Part shown: one piece after another, positions 1-9,818 of the stretch | How the letters are laid out: each line of letters begins with the position of its first letter | Numbering within the stretch: position 1 is the stretch's first letter | DNA from: Armatimonadota bacterium | GTDB lineage: Bacteria > Armatimonadota > Fimbriimonadia > Fimbriimonadales > GBS-DC | DNA length: 64,000 bases | Direction of reading: 5' to 3' | Assembly: GCA_037445735.1 (NCBI GenBank) | Contig: JBBIJY010000005.1 | Location: 59,381 to 123,380, forward strand | The notes under the pieces: generated by a model | What the model saw: the letters and a program-made list of their open reading frames with translations, nothing else | Told to the model about the DNA's origin: nothing | The model's database searches: none | Made by a program: the position numbers and the translations under genes

Positions 1-1153
<1,153 letters not shown>

Positions 1154-1166
<13 letters not shown>

Positions 1167-1783
1167 TCGGGCAGTGTCGCCCGCTCCTGCTCGCTCAGGT
1201 GGAGCTGCACTTCGGCGTCCGCCAGCTGAATCACCGTGTGTTCGTTGCTGTTGCGCAGCTCCTCTATAATCGCGTCGATCTTTTCGGGGGTGAGCTGTCG
1301 GCAGTAGATGTCGCCCACCTGCATCACGGGCGCGTCACCACAGTTGTTGAGGCATTCCACTTCGGTCAGCGTGAACAGCCCATCGGGTGTGGTCTCGCCC
1401 AGCTGGATGCCGAGCTTCTGCTGCAGATATTCCAGGATTCGGTACGCGCCGCACAGCATGCAGCTCAGGTTGGTGCAGACCTCCAGCATATATTTGCCGA
1501 CGGGCTGCTTGTTATACATCGTGTAGAAGGTGGCGACGCCTTCCACTTCGGCGCAGGAGCGTCCGAGCCGATAGGCGACTTCGGCAATCGCTTCAGGTGG
1601 CAGGTAGCCGCCGTACTCGCGCTGGGCAATCCAGAGGGCGGGCAACATCGCCGACTTGCGGTCAGGGTAGTGCTGGAGGATCAGCTCCAGCTCACGGACG
1701 GCGCGTTCGGAGAATCGCAGGGTCAGCTCCTGCGGGCGTGGTGGGCGCAGTTGCGCCGAGAGCCGAATCGGTTGCTGTTCCAT
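1154..1783 (-). CDS. nuoE: NADH-quinone oxidoreductase subunit E (2Fe-2S)
   Basis: YPDRKSAMLPALWIAQ, VATFYTMY, VCTNLSCMLCGA and ECLNNCGDAP. Start set at ATG 1783, 7 nt after a TACAAT -10 box. Confidence 0.93.
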
Positions 1784-1810
1784 CGCTGGAATTGTACCTG
1801 ATAGGGAGAT

Positions 1811-2138
1811 AAAAAAGAGCCCGAGCGAATCGGTCTGCCCTTTTCGGTTCCGCCTGGCTTGCTGCCGTCCTGCGGACTCGGTGCCCCGACCGACATTGCT
1901 GCCGATCCTGAGGCGCCGCCACTCCACGAGTGAGCAGCAGGCTTCGGGCGGTTCCTATCCGCCGTTCACGCGCGCCCAACACTGGGGCGCGGGCTGCGCG
2001 TGTTGCTCCCCGCACGGTCTCTCCATCGGCTGCCCGTCGCCGGCGCAACGGGCGTCGATGGCTCCGAGCAAGGCTCCCGACGGCAGGGACACCTGCCTTC
2101 GCTCGGGCGACGGTCATCGAGTTTCCCCGATAACCATC
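1811..2138 (-). ncRNA. Unassigned large structured ncRNA candidate (~330 nt)
   Basis: Own TTGACA-18-TATAAT promoter; 5' 13-bp hairpin with GAAA loop; 11-bp long-range helix GCCCGAGCGAA/UUCGCUCGGGC followed by UCUUUUUU; many internal hairpins whose G-U pairs and GNRA loops work on the minus strand; no credible ORF. Confidence 0.7.
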
Positions 2139-2141
2139 CCT

Positions 2142-2171
2142 ATTATACCACACCGATGACGGCTTTGTCAA
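2142..2171 (-). promoter_or_regulatory. Consensus sigma70 promoter with extended -10, driving the ncRNA candidate
   Basis: Minus strand reads TTGACA aagccgtcatcggtgTGg TATAAT (18-nt spacer). Confidence 0.85.
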
Positions 2172-2180
2172 GGGGTCGAG

Positions 2181-2241
2181 GGGGAATCGGGGGGTTTTCG
2201 AGGGCGAATCGGGGGAAATTTCGGGCAAAATCGGGAGTTTC
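2181..2241. repeat. Three imperfect direct repeats with 22-bp period (core AATCGGG...TTTC)
   Basis: AATCGGG starts at 2185, 2207 and 2229. Confidence 0.6.
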
Positions 2242-2288
2242 GGCGCTCGAAGCCGTCGCGCAGGTGCGCGTGGGGTACACTCTGGGGG

Positions 2289-2810
2289 ATGGCGGAGGCG
2301 AGTCAACCCGTGCGGCGGGCAATCTACCCTGGCAGCTTCGACCCGCCCACGATGGGGCATCTGGATATTATCACGCGGGCAGCGCGACTGTTCGACGAAC
2401 TCATCGTCGCGGTCGCCATCAACAGCGACAAAAAGCCCCTCTTCAGCCTGCAGGAGCGGGTCGCCATGCTGGAGGAGTGCTGCAGGCAGCTGCCGAATGT
2501 GCGCGTGATGCCGCTGGAAGGTCTGCTGGCACGCTTCGCGCAGCAGGCAGGCGCATGCGCCATCGTGCGCGGGCTGCGAGCCGTATCCGACTTCGAATAC
2601 GAGTTCCAGATGGCGACCATGAACCGCCAGCTGGCGCCCGAAGTGGACACCTGCTTCCTCATGACGCATCAACAGTACGCCTTTCTGTCGTCGTCCATCG
2701 TGAAGGAGGTGGCGCGGCTCGGCGGCGATGTGAGCCAGCTGGTGCCCCCCAATGTGCAGACCCGCCTGCAACAAAAATTTGCTCCACCATCGGCAGGAGA
2801 CGGTCACTGA
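2289..2810 (+). CDS. coaD: Phosphopantetheine adenylyltransferase
   Basis: AIYPGSFDPPTMGHLDII, IVRGLRAVSDFEYEFQMA and SSSIVKEVA. Confidence 0.97.
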   Translation: MAEASQPVRRAIYPGSFDPPTMGHLDIITRAARLFDELIVAVAINSDKKPLFSLQERVAMLEECCRQLPNVRVMPLEGLLARFAQQAGACAIVRGLRAVSDFEYEFQMATMNRQLAPEVDTCFLMTHQQYAFLSSSIVKEVARLGGDVSQLVPPNVQTRLQQKFAPPSAGDGH

Positions 2811-2859
2811 ACCGCGAATCAACCATTTAACCCTGGCGCAAGCGACGGAGGATCGGGCG

Positions 2860-3411
2860 ATGATTAACACGGATGTCATAACTATCAGGCGATGGCTGCG
2901 TGAGCTGGATCAGATGCTGGAGAACAGTCGCAGTTTCGGACCCATCGTGTTCGGCTTGAACAAAGGCGAATGCCTGAACCTGGTCCAGCAGATTCTGGCG
3001 AATCTGCCGTCGGATCTGGACAAGGCGGAGCGGGTGCTGCGCGAGTCGGATCGGCTGGTGGGCGGTGCGCAGGCGGAGGCGCGCATGACCCTCGAACAGG
3101 CGCGGGAGGAAGCCCAGCGGATTATCGAGCAGGCGCGACAGCAGGCGGAGGCGATTCTGGAACGCGCCCGCGCCGAGCAGGAGCGCATGCTGGCGCAGAC
3201 TGAAGTCTACCAGCTGGCAGAGGCGCAGGCGCGCGAAATCGTGGAGACCGCCCGCCAGAAGGCACAGCAGATTCGACAGGGCGCCGATGAGTACGCCTAT
3301 GAGGTGCTGACCCAGCTGGAGGGCGCACTCGCCAAAGTGATGAGCACCGTGCAGAACGGTAAGGCGCTCCTGGAAGACCATCTCAAGCAGCGCGTGGGCG
3401 CACGCCGCTGA
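2860..3411 (+). CDS. Coiled-coil protein of the type commonly found after coaD (DivIVA/SepIVA- or F0-b-like)
   Basis: A/E/Q/R-rich heptads and GADEYAYEVL motif; directly downstream of coaD; start at ATG 2860 inferred. Confidence 0.7.
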   Translation: MINTDVITIRRWLRELDQMLENSRSFGPIVFGLNKGECLNLVQQILANLPSDLDKAERVLRESDRLVGGAQAEARMTLEQAREEAQRIIEQARQQAEAILERARAEQERMLAQTEVYQLAEAQAREIVETARQKAQQIRQGADEYAYEVLTQLEGALAKVMSTVQNGKALLEDHLKQRVGARR

Positions 3412-3442
3412 CGGCGCAGGGCAGGCATCCCCTGCCCTGCCG

Positions 3443-4135
3443 CTAAATCAGCCGCAGCCAGTCGCGCAACAGGAACTCCACGCGCTCCAGAAACACTGCC
3501 AGGCGCGTCATCACCGTGTTGCCGAAAAACGCGCCAAAGCTCAACATCAGCAGCCATCGCCCAGCTCGCGCTGCCCCCCGCACCGGCTTCGAACGATGCT
3601 CAAACGAAAAGAGGAAATAGACCATCACGCACACCAGCGTCGCCACGAAGATAAGGTTATTCAGCGACATCGCCAGCGAGAAGGGCGCGGGCGAGTCGCT
3701 CACCAGCGGGGAGCCGTCCGCACGCGCCAGCAACGGGCGCAACGAATCGGCAAACTGCGGCATGTTGAGCAACAGCTGCTGCTTGAACACCACGCCCGCG
3801 CTCGCGCCCAGCATCAGCCCGATCACGATCCGCGCCAGCCAGAAGTAGCGACGGCTCAGCTGAAAGTACCAGAGCAGACCCAGCAAGCCCACCAGCAGCC
3901 ATAGCGCCTGTGCACTGCCCGGCGCGAACCCCTGCCCGATCGCCGCAAAGCCCGCCACCATCGGCTGCCACCACAACGGCGCCAGCACCTGCTTCCAGGT
4001 AATCACGAAGTTGTAGCCCACGCCCAGCCCGATCATGAGATGTAGCAGCAGGCGATAGAATCGATTCTCGCGCCACAGATACGAATAGATGCCCAGCGTT
4101 ACAATCGCCGCCAGCCAGACCCCGACCCGTTCCAT
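3443..4135 (-). CDS. Uncharacterised multi-pass membrane protein
   Basis: About 6 hydrophobic segments; WLAAIVTLGIYSYLWRENRFY and GRWLLMLSFGAFFGNTVMTRL; GAGG before ATG 4135. Confidence 0.8.
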   Translation of the reverse strand: MERVGVWLAAIVTLGIYSYLWRENRFYRLLLHLMIGLGVGYNFVITWKQVLAPLWWQPMVAGFAAIGQGFAPGSAQALWLLVGLLGLLWYFQLSRRYFWLARIVIGLMLGASAGVVFKQQLLLNMPQFADSLRPLLARADGSPLVSDSPAPFSLAMSLNNLIFVATLVCVMVYFLFSFEHRSKPVRGAARAGRWLLMLSFGAFFGNTVMTRLAVFLERVEFLLRDWLRLI

Positions 4136-4155
4136 CTCCACAGGCAGCACCTCCT

Positions 4156-5022
4156 CTAACGCGCGCGCCCGCGCGCACCCCAGTAGCCCAGATTGCCAAT
4201 CAAAATCGCCAGAATCACCATCAGATGCCCGAACGATTGAGGCACAATCAGGCGTGTGGCGCGACTGGTGCGCTCGCGCGGGTTCGGATGCAACAGCGCG
4301 TCGTATTCCGCCGCGCCCCGCACGCCCACCAGCATCCCCGTCAGCTGACCCGACAGCAGATAGCGGTAATAAGTGGTGGACTGAATGCCCGCGCACCCGA
4401 AGGCAATCGGCGTGCCGTAGACCTCATGCACGAACGAAATCCAGTCCTCCATCGGCGAGTAGGTCACCGAGTAGATGAGGTAGATGTCGTTGATGTTGCG
4501 CACGCGCTGCATCAGGGGCAGGTGCCGGGCGTCGTCCAGTGAATAGCCGCGCGTGTCCTGCCGGTACTGCAGGCGAATATCTTTGGCGATTTGCTGCATC
4601 GCGCGCCAGCCGCCCCGCGTGTAGCCCAGATTGACCCAATCGACGCCGTAGCGTCGGTCAGGGAACTTCTCGCGCACGAGGCGCTCAATCACCCGATCGG
4701 CGAACTGGGGTCCAAGCGGCGTGATCTCCACCGAGATGACCACGAACTTGATGCGCCGACGCAACAGATGCTCGAACACGACCTCCACCTGCCCTTCATT
4801 CTCGCCCATACTGCCCGCGTCCCACGCGCTATCCACCAGCACCACCTTATCGGGTGGACAGCGCTCGATAAACTCATACAGGCGACGGGTTTCAGGCGTA
4901 ACATAGATGGGCAGGCGCATCGGAATGAGCAACGGCAGGCAGGCAGCGAGCCATAGACCCAGATAGAGCCAGCGCCGATCGATGTCCTGTAAACCTGCCA
5001 GACTGCTCATCAGGCGCTGCAT
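4156..5022 (-). CDS. Uncharacterised membrane protein with terminal TM helices and a central soluble domain
   Basis: DRRWLY, YGVDWVNLGY and SGQLTGMLVGVRGAAEY; GGAGG RBS before ATG 5022. Confidence 0.8.
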   Translation of the reverse strand: MQRLMSSLAGLQDIDRRWLYLGLWLAACLPLLIPMRLPIYVTPETRRLYEFIERCPPDKVVLVDSAWDAGSMGENEGQVEVVFEHLLRRRIKFVVISVEITPLGPQFADRVIERLVREKFPDRRYGVDWVNLGYTRGGWRAMQQIAKDIRLQYRQDTRGYSLDDARHLPLMQRVRNINDIYLIYSVTYSPMEDWISFVHEVYGTPIAFGCAGIQSTTYYRYLLSGQLTGMLVGVRGAAEYDALLHPNPRERTSRATRLIVPQSFGHLMVILAILIGNLGYWGARGRAR

Positions 5023-5026
5023 CGAC

Positions 5027-5890
5027 CTACCTCCCTTCCGAATCGCCGAAGAAGGCGCCGCGCTCCAGCGAGAGCCAGTAGCGCAAGCCCGTCGCGATTG
5101 CGCCCAGCATAATGCCGAACCACATCGCGCGCACCGCCGCCGTGTTGACCACATAGAGCAGCCACTGGCTCATGGAGGGCAACCACAGCGATTCAGGCAG
5201 CGCATGCGTGAGCCATAAGCCAATCGGAATCTGACCCAGCATCACAATCAGCGCCGCCCCAATCATCACCAGCGCTTCGGCGGAGCGCACCCGAAACGCG
5301 CGATAGGCGGCGGTGGTGATATGAAAGGCGAGTAGCGAAAAAACCGTGGACCCCATCGGGCGCAACATCGAGTTGAACACCAGCTCGTTCACCGATTTAA
5401 GCCAGCCACCAGGCAGACCATAGCCCATCCCCGCAATCATGCCAACCGCCACCGCGATAAAGAACGCGACGCTGTTGTACCATTCAGGTCGTCGCCGACG
5501 GATGGTGTTGCCGTGAACCACAGCGAGGCTGATTAGCCCCATGCCCCACGCCATCGCCATCAGCACCACGAAGAAGTTGTTCACGGCGGGCAGCCAGTCG
5601 CTGAGGTAGGTGGTGGGACCCGCTCGCAAACGGTCGCCGGGCGTCAGCTGGGCTGGCTCCACGCGCTCATAACTGCCGTTCGGGCGCTGGCGATAGAACG
5701 CCATACCGGGCTGAAGGGGCACACGCGCGGTCGCCCCATCCGTTCGCAGCAGCACCGAATCGGCGCGTATTTCCACCACCGTGCCCTGCACGGTGCGCCA
5801 CGGCACAGTCGGCGGCACCACGAACTCCAGGAAATAGTACAACCCCGTGATGAAGGTCAGCCCCGCAATCAGCAGGCGTTTCGTGTCCAT
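5027..5890 (-). CDS. Uncharacterised multi-pass membrane protein with an inserted small beta-rich domain
   Basis: FSLLAFHITTAAYRAFRVRS and LSLERG motifs; GTVVEIRADSVLL...LTPGDRL insertion after TM1. Confidence 0.8.
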   Translation of the reverse strand: MDTKRLLIAGLTFITGLYYFLEFVVPPTVPWRTVQGTVVEIRADSVLLRTDGATARVPLQPGMAFYRQRPNGSYERVEPAQLTPGDRLRAGPTTYLSDWLPAVNNFFVVLMAMAWGMGLISLAVVHGNTIRRRRPEWYNSVAFFIAVAVGMIAGMGYGLPGGWLKSVNELVFNSMLRPMGSTVFSLLAFHITTAAYRAFRVRSAEALVMIGAALIVMLGQIPIGLWLTHALPESLWLPSMSQWLLYVVNTAAVRAMWFGIMLGAIATGLRYWLSLERGAFFGDSEGR

Positions 5891-5899
5891 CCGCCACCT

Positions 5900-6673
5900 C
5901 TATCGCCCCGTGAGGGCATGAACAATCGGGTTCTCCGCGCCGAAAAGGGTGGTCGCCAGCACGCTTAGCAGCAACAGGCACAACAGCCCGATTTTGGCGT
6001 AGTCCTGACCCACCAGACTGCCCAGCATGGTTGGCTCGTGCGTGAGGTAGGCGCTCGCGGCGTACAGCTCCTCACCGATAATCGTGTAGTCGCAGCTGGC
6101 GATGAAGAAGGGCACCTGAAAATAGTCGTCAGTGCCCGCAATCTGCATCGCGCCCGTGCGCTGACCCGGCTCAGCGAGCAGCAGCGAGGTGTAGTCGTAC
6201 ATGCCGAAGAAAAAGTGCGAGGCGGTCTGCTCCTGCAGCATCAGGTCGGCGGTGGCGAGGGCGAGCTGGTCGCTCTGGGCAGCGATGAAGCGGATGTCGG
6301 ACGGCTCAAACCGTTCGGGATGCCCCACGCTCTCGCATGCCTGGCGAATGACCGCTTCGAGAATGGGCACCATCACGGGGAAAGCCGTGACGGTCAGCAG
6401 GCGCAGGTTGAGCCGTGCGGCTTGCCGCGCGACATGGCTCAGCACGCCGAGCGCGGCGAGCGTGCTGATTGCCTGCACATCGCCCACGCCCGGGTGAAAC
6501 AGCAGCGGTCTGCCCGTTTCGGCGGCGCGCCCAATCGCTTCGTCGATGGCGTTCAGCCCCGCGATGCGCCGGATAAAGATAGGACGCCCGCGCCGCGCCG
6601 CCCCGATGCCCCACAGAATCAGCCCGCCAATCGCGCCAATCGCTATCAGCATCTGCAGGTTCGCATGCTCCAT
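5900..6673 (-). CDS. DUF6754-like membrane-anchored protein
   Basis: FIRRIAGLNAIDEAIGRAAETGRP and GAMQIAGT...PFFIASCDYTIIGEELYAASAYL...GSLVGQD; family name from recall; GGAGG RBS. Confidence 0.75.
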   Translation of the reverse strand: MEHANLQMLIAIGAIGGLILWGIGAARRGRPIFIRRIAGLNAIDEAIGRAAETGRPLLFHPGVGDVQAISTLAALGVLSHVARQAARLNLRLLTVTAFPVMVPILEAVIRQACESVGHPERFEPSDIRFIAAQSDQLALATADLMLQEQTASHFFFGMYDYTSLLLAEPGQRTGAMQIAGTDDYFQVPFFIASCDYTIIGEELYAASAYLTHEPTMLGSLVGQDYAKIGLLCLLLLSVLATTLFGAENPIVHALTGR

Positions 6674-6767
6674 GCCACCTCCTGCTTACGACCGGGCACG
6701 CGATTTTCCTGTCGGACTCCCAGCGTGGCAGGAGAGTGAAATCGGGGGGCGAACCAACGGGATTTGT

Positions 6768-8756
6768 ATGGCGGTGCTGGACGAGTTGCAACGGGCGCGG
6801 CGCACGGCGGAGGAGGTCGCCGCCGAAGAGCGCCGATTCGAAGACGGGTTCACCTTCCGCACCTTTCTGGGTCTGCTGTTCGTGGCGTTCGTGATGTTGC
6901 CCGGCAGCATCTATATGGGGCTGGTGGCGGGTGTGGGGCTGGGTTCCGCTGCCGAATGGGTCACCATCGTGCTGTTCGCGGAGGTGATGCGCCGCTCGCT
7001 CCAGCCGCTCAAGCGGCAGGAGATTTACATGCTGTTTTATATTGCGTCCGCGCTCACCGCGATGGGGCTGTACGGGCTGTCGGGCGGACCCCTGCAGTGG
7101 AAAATCTGGGACCAGTTCTTCATTCAGTCGGCGCCTGCCACGCCCTTCGCGAAGGAAATCCCGCACTGGGCGGTGCCCGCGCCCGATTCGGTCGCCCTGC
7201 GCGAGCGCACCTTCTTCCATCCCGACTGGTTCCTTCCGCTGGGGCTGCTGATACTGACCGAGATTCTGGGGCGTGCCAGCTGGATGAGCATGGGCTACCT
7301 GCTCTTTCGGATGACCTCCGATGTGGAGCGGTTGCCGTTCCCGCTGGCGCCCGTGGCGGCGTCGGGCGCACTCGCGCTGGCAGAGGCGGGACGACGCGAA
7401 GAATCGTGGCGCTGGGGCGTCTTCTCCACCGGCGCCGTCGTCGGCATGGCGTTCGGATTCTTCTATCTGGCGATCCCCGTGTTCACGGGCACGCTGTTCG
7501 GCGACGCCGTGCAGATTATCCCCATCCCGTTTCTGGATTTGACCCAGAATGTGGAGAATCTCCTGCCGACCGCCATCATTGGCGTCTCGCTCAATCTGGG
7601 CGAGGTGCTGCTTGGCTTCGTGCTGCCCTATCAGATTGTGCTGGGTTCAGCCATCAGCTCCGTTCTGACCTATGTGCTGGCGAACCCGCTGCTGTATCAG
7701 ATGGGGCTGATCCGGAGCTGGCAGCCGAACTCGCCCGCGCTGCAGACCAAAATCTCCGTCGATATCGACTTCTGGCTGGCGATTATTGTGGGGTTGCAGC
7801 TGGCGGTGGCGGCGATTGGCGTCGGAATGGTGATTCGCACTCTGCGCGAGCATGGTCGCCAGCGGGCGTTGCAGGCACGCGGGCTGATGCCGCCCCCTGC
7901 TGGACGCGGCGACCCGCCCCTGTGGATACCCGTTGTCATCTGGCTGGTTTCGGTGGTGTCCTACATTCTGCTGTGCCGCTGGCTGGTGCCGGAGTTCCCC
8001 CTCTGGATTGTGGTGCTGTTCGGGCTGTTCTGGAGCCCGCTCAACAGCTATGTGTCGGCGCGAATGATCGGGCTGACGGGTCAGGGCGTGTCGGTGCCGT
8101 TTTTGAAGGAGGTGGCGGTCATCAGCAGCGGCTATCCAAAGGTGGACATCTGGTACGCGCCGCTGCCCCTGCAGGACCACGGCTGGGCAGCCCAGCGGTT
8201 CCGCGAGGTGGAACTCACCGGCACACGGTTCACCAGCATCCTGAAAGCCGAGCTGGTGATGCTGCCGACGATTTTCATCGCCAGCTTCCTGTTCTGGTCG
8301 TTCTTCTGGAAAGCCAGCCCGATCCCATCGTCGCTGTTTCCCTATGCGATGCGGATGTGGCCCTACTTCGCGCAGATGGACGCCGTGTGGAAGCAGATTA
8401 ATCGCCCGGAGAGTGAGATGCGCGAGCTGGTGCTGGGCGCGTTGAACCTGCCGCGCATCGGGATCGGCTTTCTAATGGGGCTGGGGCTGTACGGGCTGTT
8501 CAGCGCGTTCAAGATGCCGCTGCTGCTCTTCTACGGGTTTGTGGGCGGTGTGGGTCAGTTCCCGCATTATACGCTGCCGCGCCTGTTCGGCGCATGGCTG
8601 GGCATGCGCTACTTCCGCCGACGGTTCGGCGAGGACAACTGGATCCGCTATGCGCCCGTGCTGCTGGCAGGCTTCTTCTGCGGCATGGGGCTGATCGGTA
8701 TGTTCGCGATTGCGCTCGCACTGATCGCCAAATCGGTCTCCGTGCTGCCGTTTTAG
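6768..8756 (+). CDS. OPT-like / peptide-transporter-like integral membrane protein
   Basis: About 660 aa with many TM segments; FEDGFTFRT and SDVERLPFPLAPV; divergent from the four-gene membrane operon. Confidence 0.7.
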   Translation: MAVLDELQRARRTAEEVAAEERRFEDGFTFRTFLGLLFVAFVMLPGSIYMGLVAGVGLGSAAEWVTIVLFAEVMRRSLQPLKRQEIYMLFYIASALTAMGLYGLSGGPLQWKIWDQFFIQSAPATPFAKEIPHWAVPAPDSVALRERTFFHPDWFLPLGLLILTEILGRASWMSMGYLLFRMTSDVERLPFPLAPVAASGALALAEAGRREESWRWGVFSTGAVVGMAFGFFYLAIPVFTGTLFGDAVQIIPIPFLDLTQNVENLLPTAIIGVSLNLGEVLLGFVLPYQIVLGSAISSVLTYVLANPLLYQMGLIRSWQPNSPALQTKISVDIDFWLAIIVGLQLAVAAIGVGMVIRTLREHGRQRALQARGLMPPPAGRGDPPLWIPVVIWLVSVVSYILLCRWLVPEFPLWIVVLFGLFWSPLNSYVSARMIGLTGQGVSVPFLKEVAVISSGYPKVDIWYAPLPLQDHGWAAQRFREVELTGTRFTSILKAELVMLPTIFIASFLFWSFFWKASPIPSSLFPYAMRMWPYFAQMDAVWKQINRPESEMRELVLGALNLPRIGIGFLMGLGLYGLFSAFKMPLLLFYGFVGGVGQFPHYTLPRLFGAWLGMRYFRRRFGEDNWIRYAPVLLAGFFCGMGLIGMFAIALALIAKSVSVLPF

Positions 8757-9586
8757 CCCTTCAGCCCCGTGAGCGTGATGCCGCGAATGAACGCCCGCTG
8801 GGTAAGCAGAAACACGACCACCAGTGGTGCCGTGACCACGACCGCCGCCGCCATCAGCAGGTTCCACTGCTCGCCGTGCCGACCCAGAAAATATTGCAAG
8901 CCGACCGCCAGTGTGAACTTGCTGGCGTCGTTGAGGTAAATCAGCGGCGCCATGAAGTCCGTCCACGCCCACACGAACGCAAAAAGCGCGACGGTCGCAA
9001 TCGCGGGTCGCGCCAGCGGCGCCACCACCCGCCACAGGATCGTCCAGTCGGTCGCGCCGTCCAGATAAGCCGCGTCGATCAGCTCCTGCGGCAGGGTCAG
9101 AAAGAACTGGCGCAACATGAAAATCAGGAAGGCGTTCCCGAAGAAGGCGGGCACAATCAGCGGCAGGAAGGTGTCCACCCAGCCCAGCCAGCGAAAGAGC
9201 AGAAACACGGGCAGCAGTGTGACCTGCGGGGGCAACATCAGCGTGGCGAGCATCACCCAGAACCAGAAGTTGCGTCCGCGCCAGCGCATCCGCGCGAACG
9301 CATAGGCGGGCGGCAAACAGCTCAAAACCGTGCCCACCACCACGAAGCCCGCTATCAGCAGGGTGTTGCGCAGATAGAGCCAGAAGGGGAAGGCGTTCAG
9401 CGCCTGCCGATAGTTCTCCCACGCGACGCGCGACGGGATCCACACGATGCGCTCCGTGAACAGCTCGTTATCGGGCTTCAGCGAGGTGGAGACCATCCAC
9501 GCAATCGGCAGCAGAAACAGCGCCGCCAGCCCCATCAGCACCAGATGCGCCGCCGCCACACGCGCCCAGCCACGCCCGAACCGCAT
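8753..9586 (-). CDS. Carbohydrate ABC transporter permease (MalG-like), orphan
   Basis: EAA-type loop LPQELIDAAYLDGA and AYAFARMRWRGR. Confidence 0.9.
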   Translation of the reverse strand: MRFGRGWARVAAAHLVLMGLAALFLLPIAWMVSTSLKPDNELFTERIVWIPSRVAWENYRQALNAFPFWLYLRNTLLIAGFVVVGTVLSCLPPAYAFARMRWRGRNFWFWVMLATLMLPPQVTLLPVFLLFRWLGWVDTFLPLIVPAFFGNAFLIFMLRQFFLTLPQELIDAAYLDGATDWTILWRVVAPLARPAIATVALFAFVWAWTDFMAPLIYLNDASKFTLAVGLQYFLGRHGEQWNLLMAAAVVVTAPLVVVFLLTQRAFIRGITLTGLKG

Positions 9587-9603
9587 GCCAGAATTAAACC
9601 CAC

Positions 9604-9738
9604 TGAGGCTGTTCGAAAATTTGGGGGCGTCGTATCCACCTGGATGCAGAACCCCCTCACCCGTACCCTCTCCCCCAAAGGGGGAGAGGGTTTTTTATTC
9701 TCCCTTCTCCCCGCTGGGGAGAGGGTCGGGGTGAGGGG
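9604..9738 (+). repeat. Dispersed repeat: conserved head plus an inverted pair of BoxC-like palindromes
   Basis: tgaggctgttcgaaaattt...cccctcacccgtaccctctcccccaaagggggagaggg, then an inverted unit ending gggtgagggg. Confidence 0.8.
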
Positions 9739-9754
9739 CATCTTTCCCAACCCC

Positions 9755-9784
9755 TTGACAAGAGGGATTAAAGGTGGGTACAAT
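9755..9784 (+). promoter_or_regulatory. Sigma70 promoter for the 9819 gene
   Basis: TTGACA-18 nt-TACAAT, followed by a GGAGG RBS at about 9806. Confidence 0.75.
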
Positions 9785-9818
9785 AGTAGACATCTGTATA
9801 CCGACGGAGGGTAAGAAG

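Noticed and set aside
2075-2097. Plus-strand CAGGGACACCTGCC resembling a cobalamin riboswitch 3' end
   Set aside because: No B12 box or GGGAA core upstream; promoter, U-tract, GNRA loops and G-U pairs all favour the minus strand.
1819-2108. Retron msr-msd interpretation of the terminal inverted repeat
   Set aside because: No reverse transcriptase in the window and no single long msd hairpin.
1692-2879. Long ORFs crossing the ncRNA/coaD region (395 aa minus, 276 aa plus, and the extended nuoE N-terminus)
   Set aside because: R/A/P-rich shadow frames with no motifs; they overlap coaD and the structured RNA.
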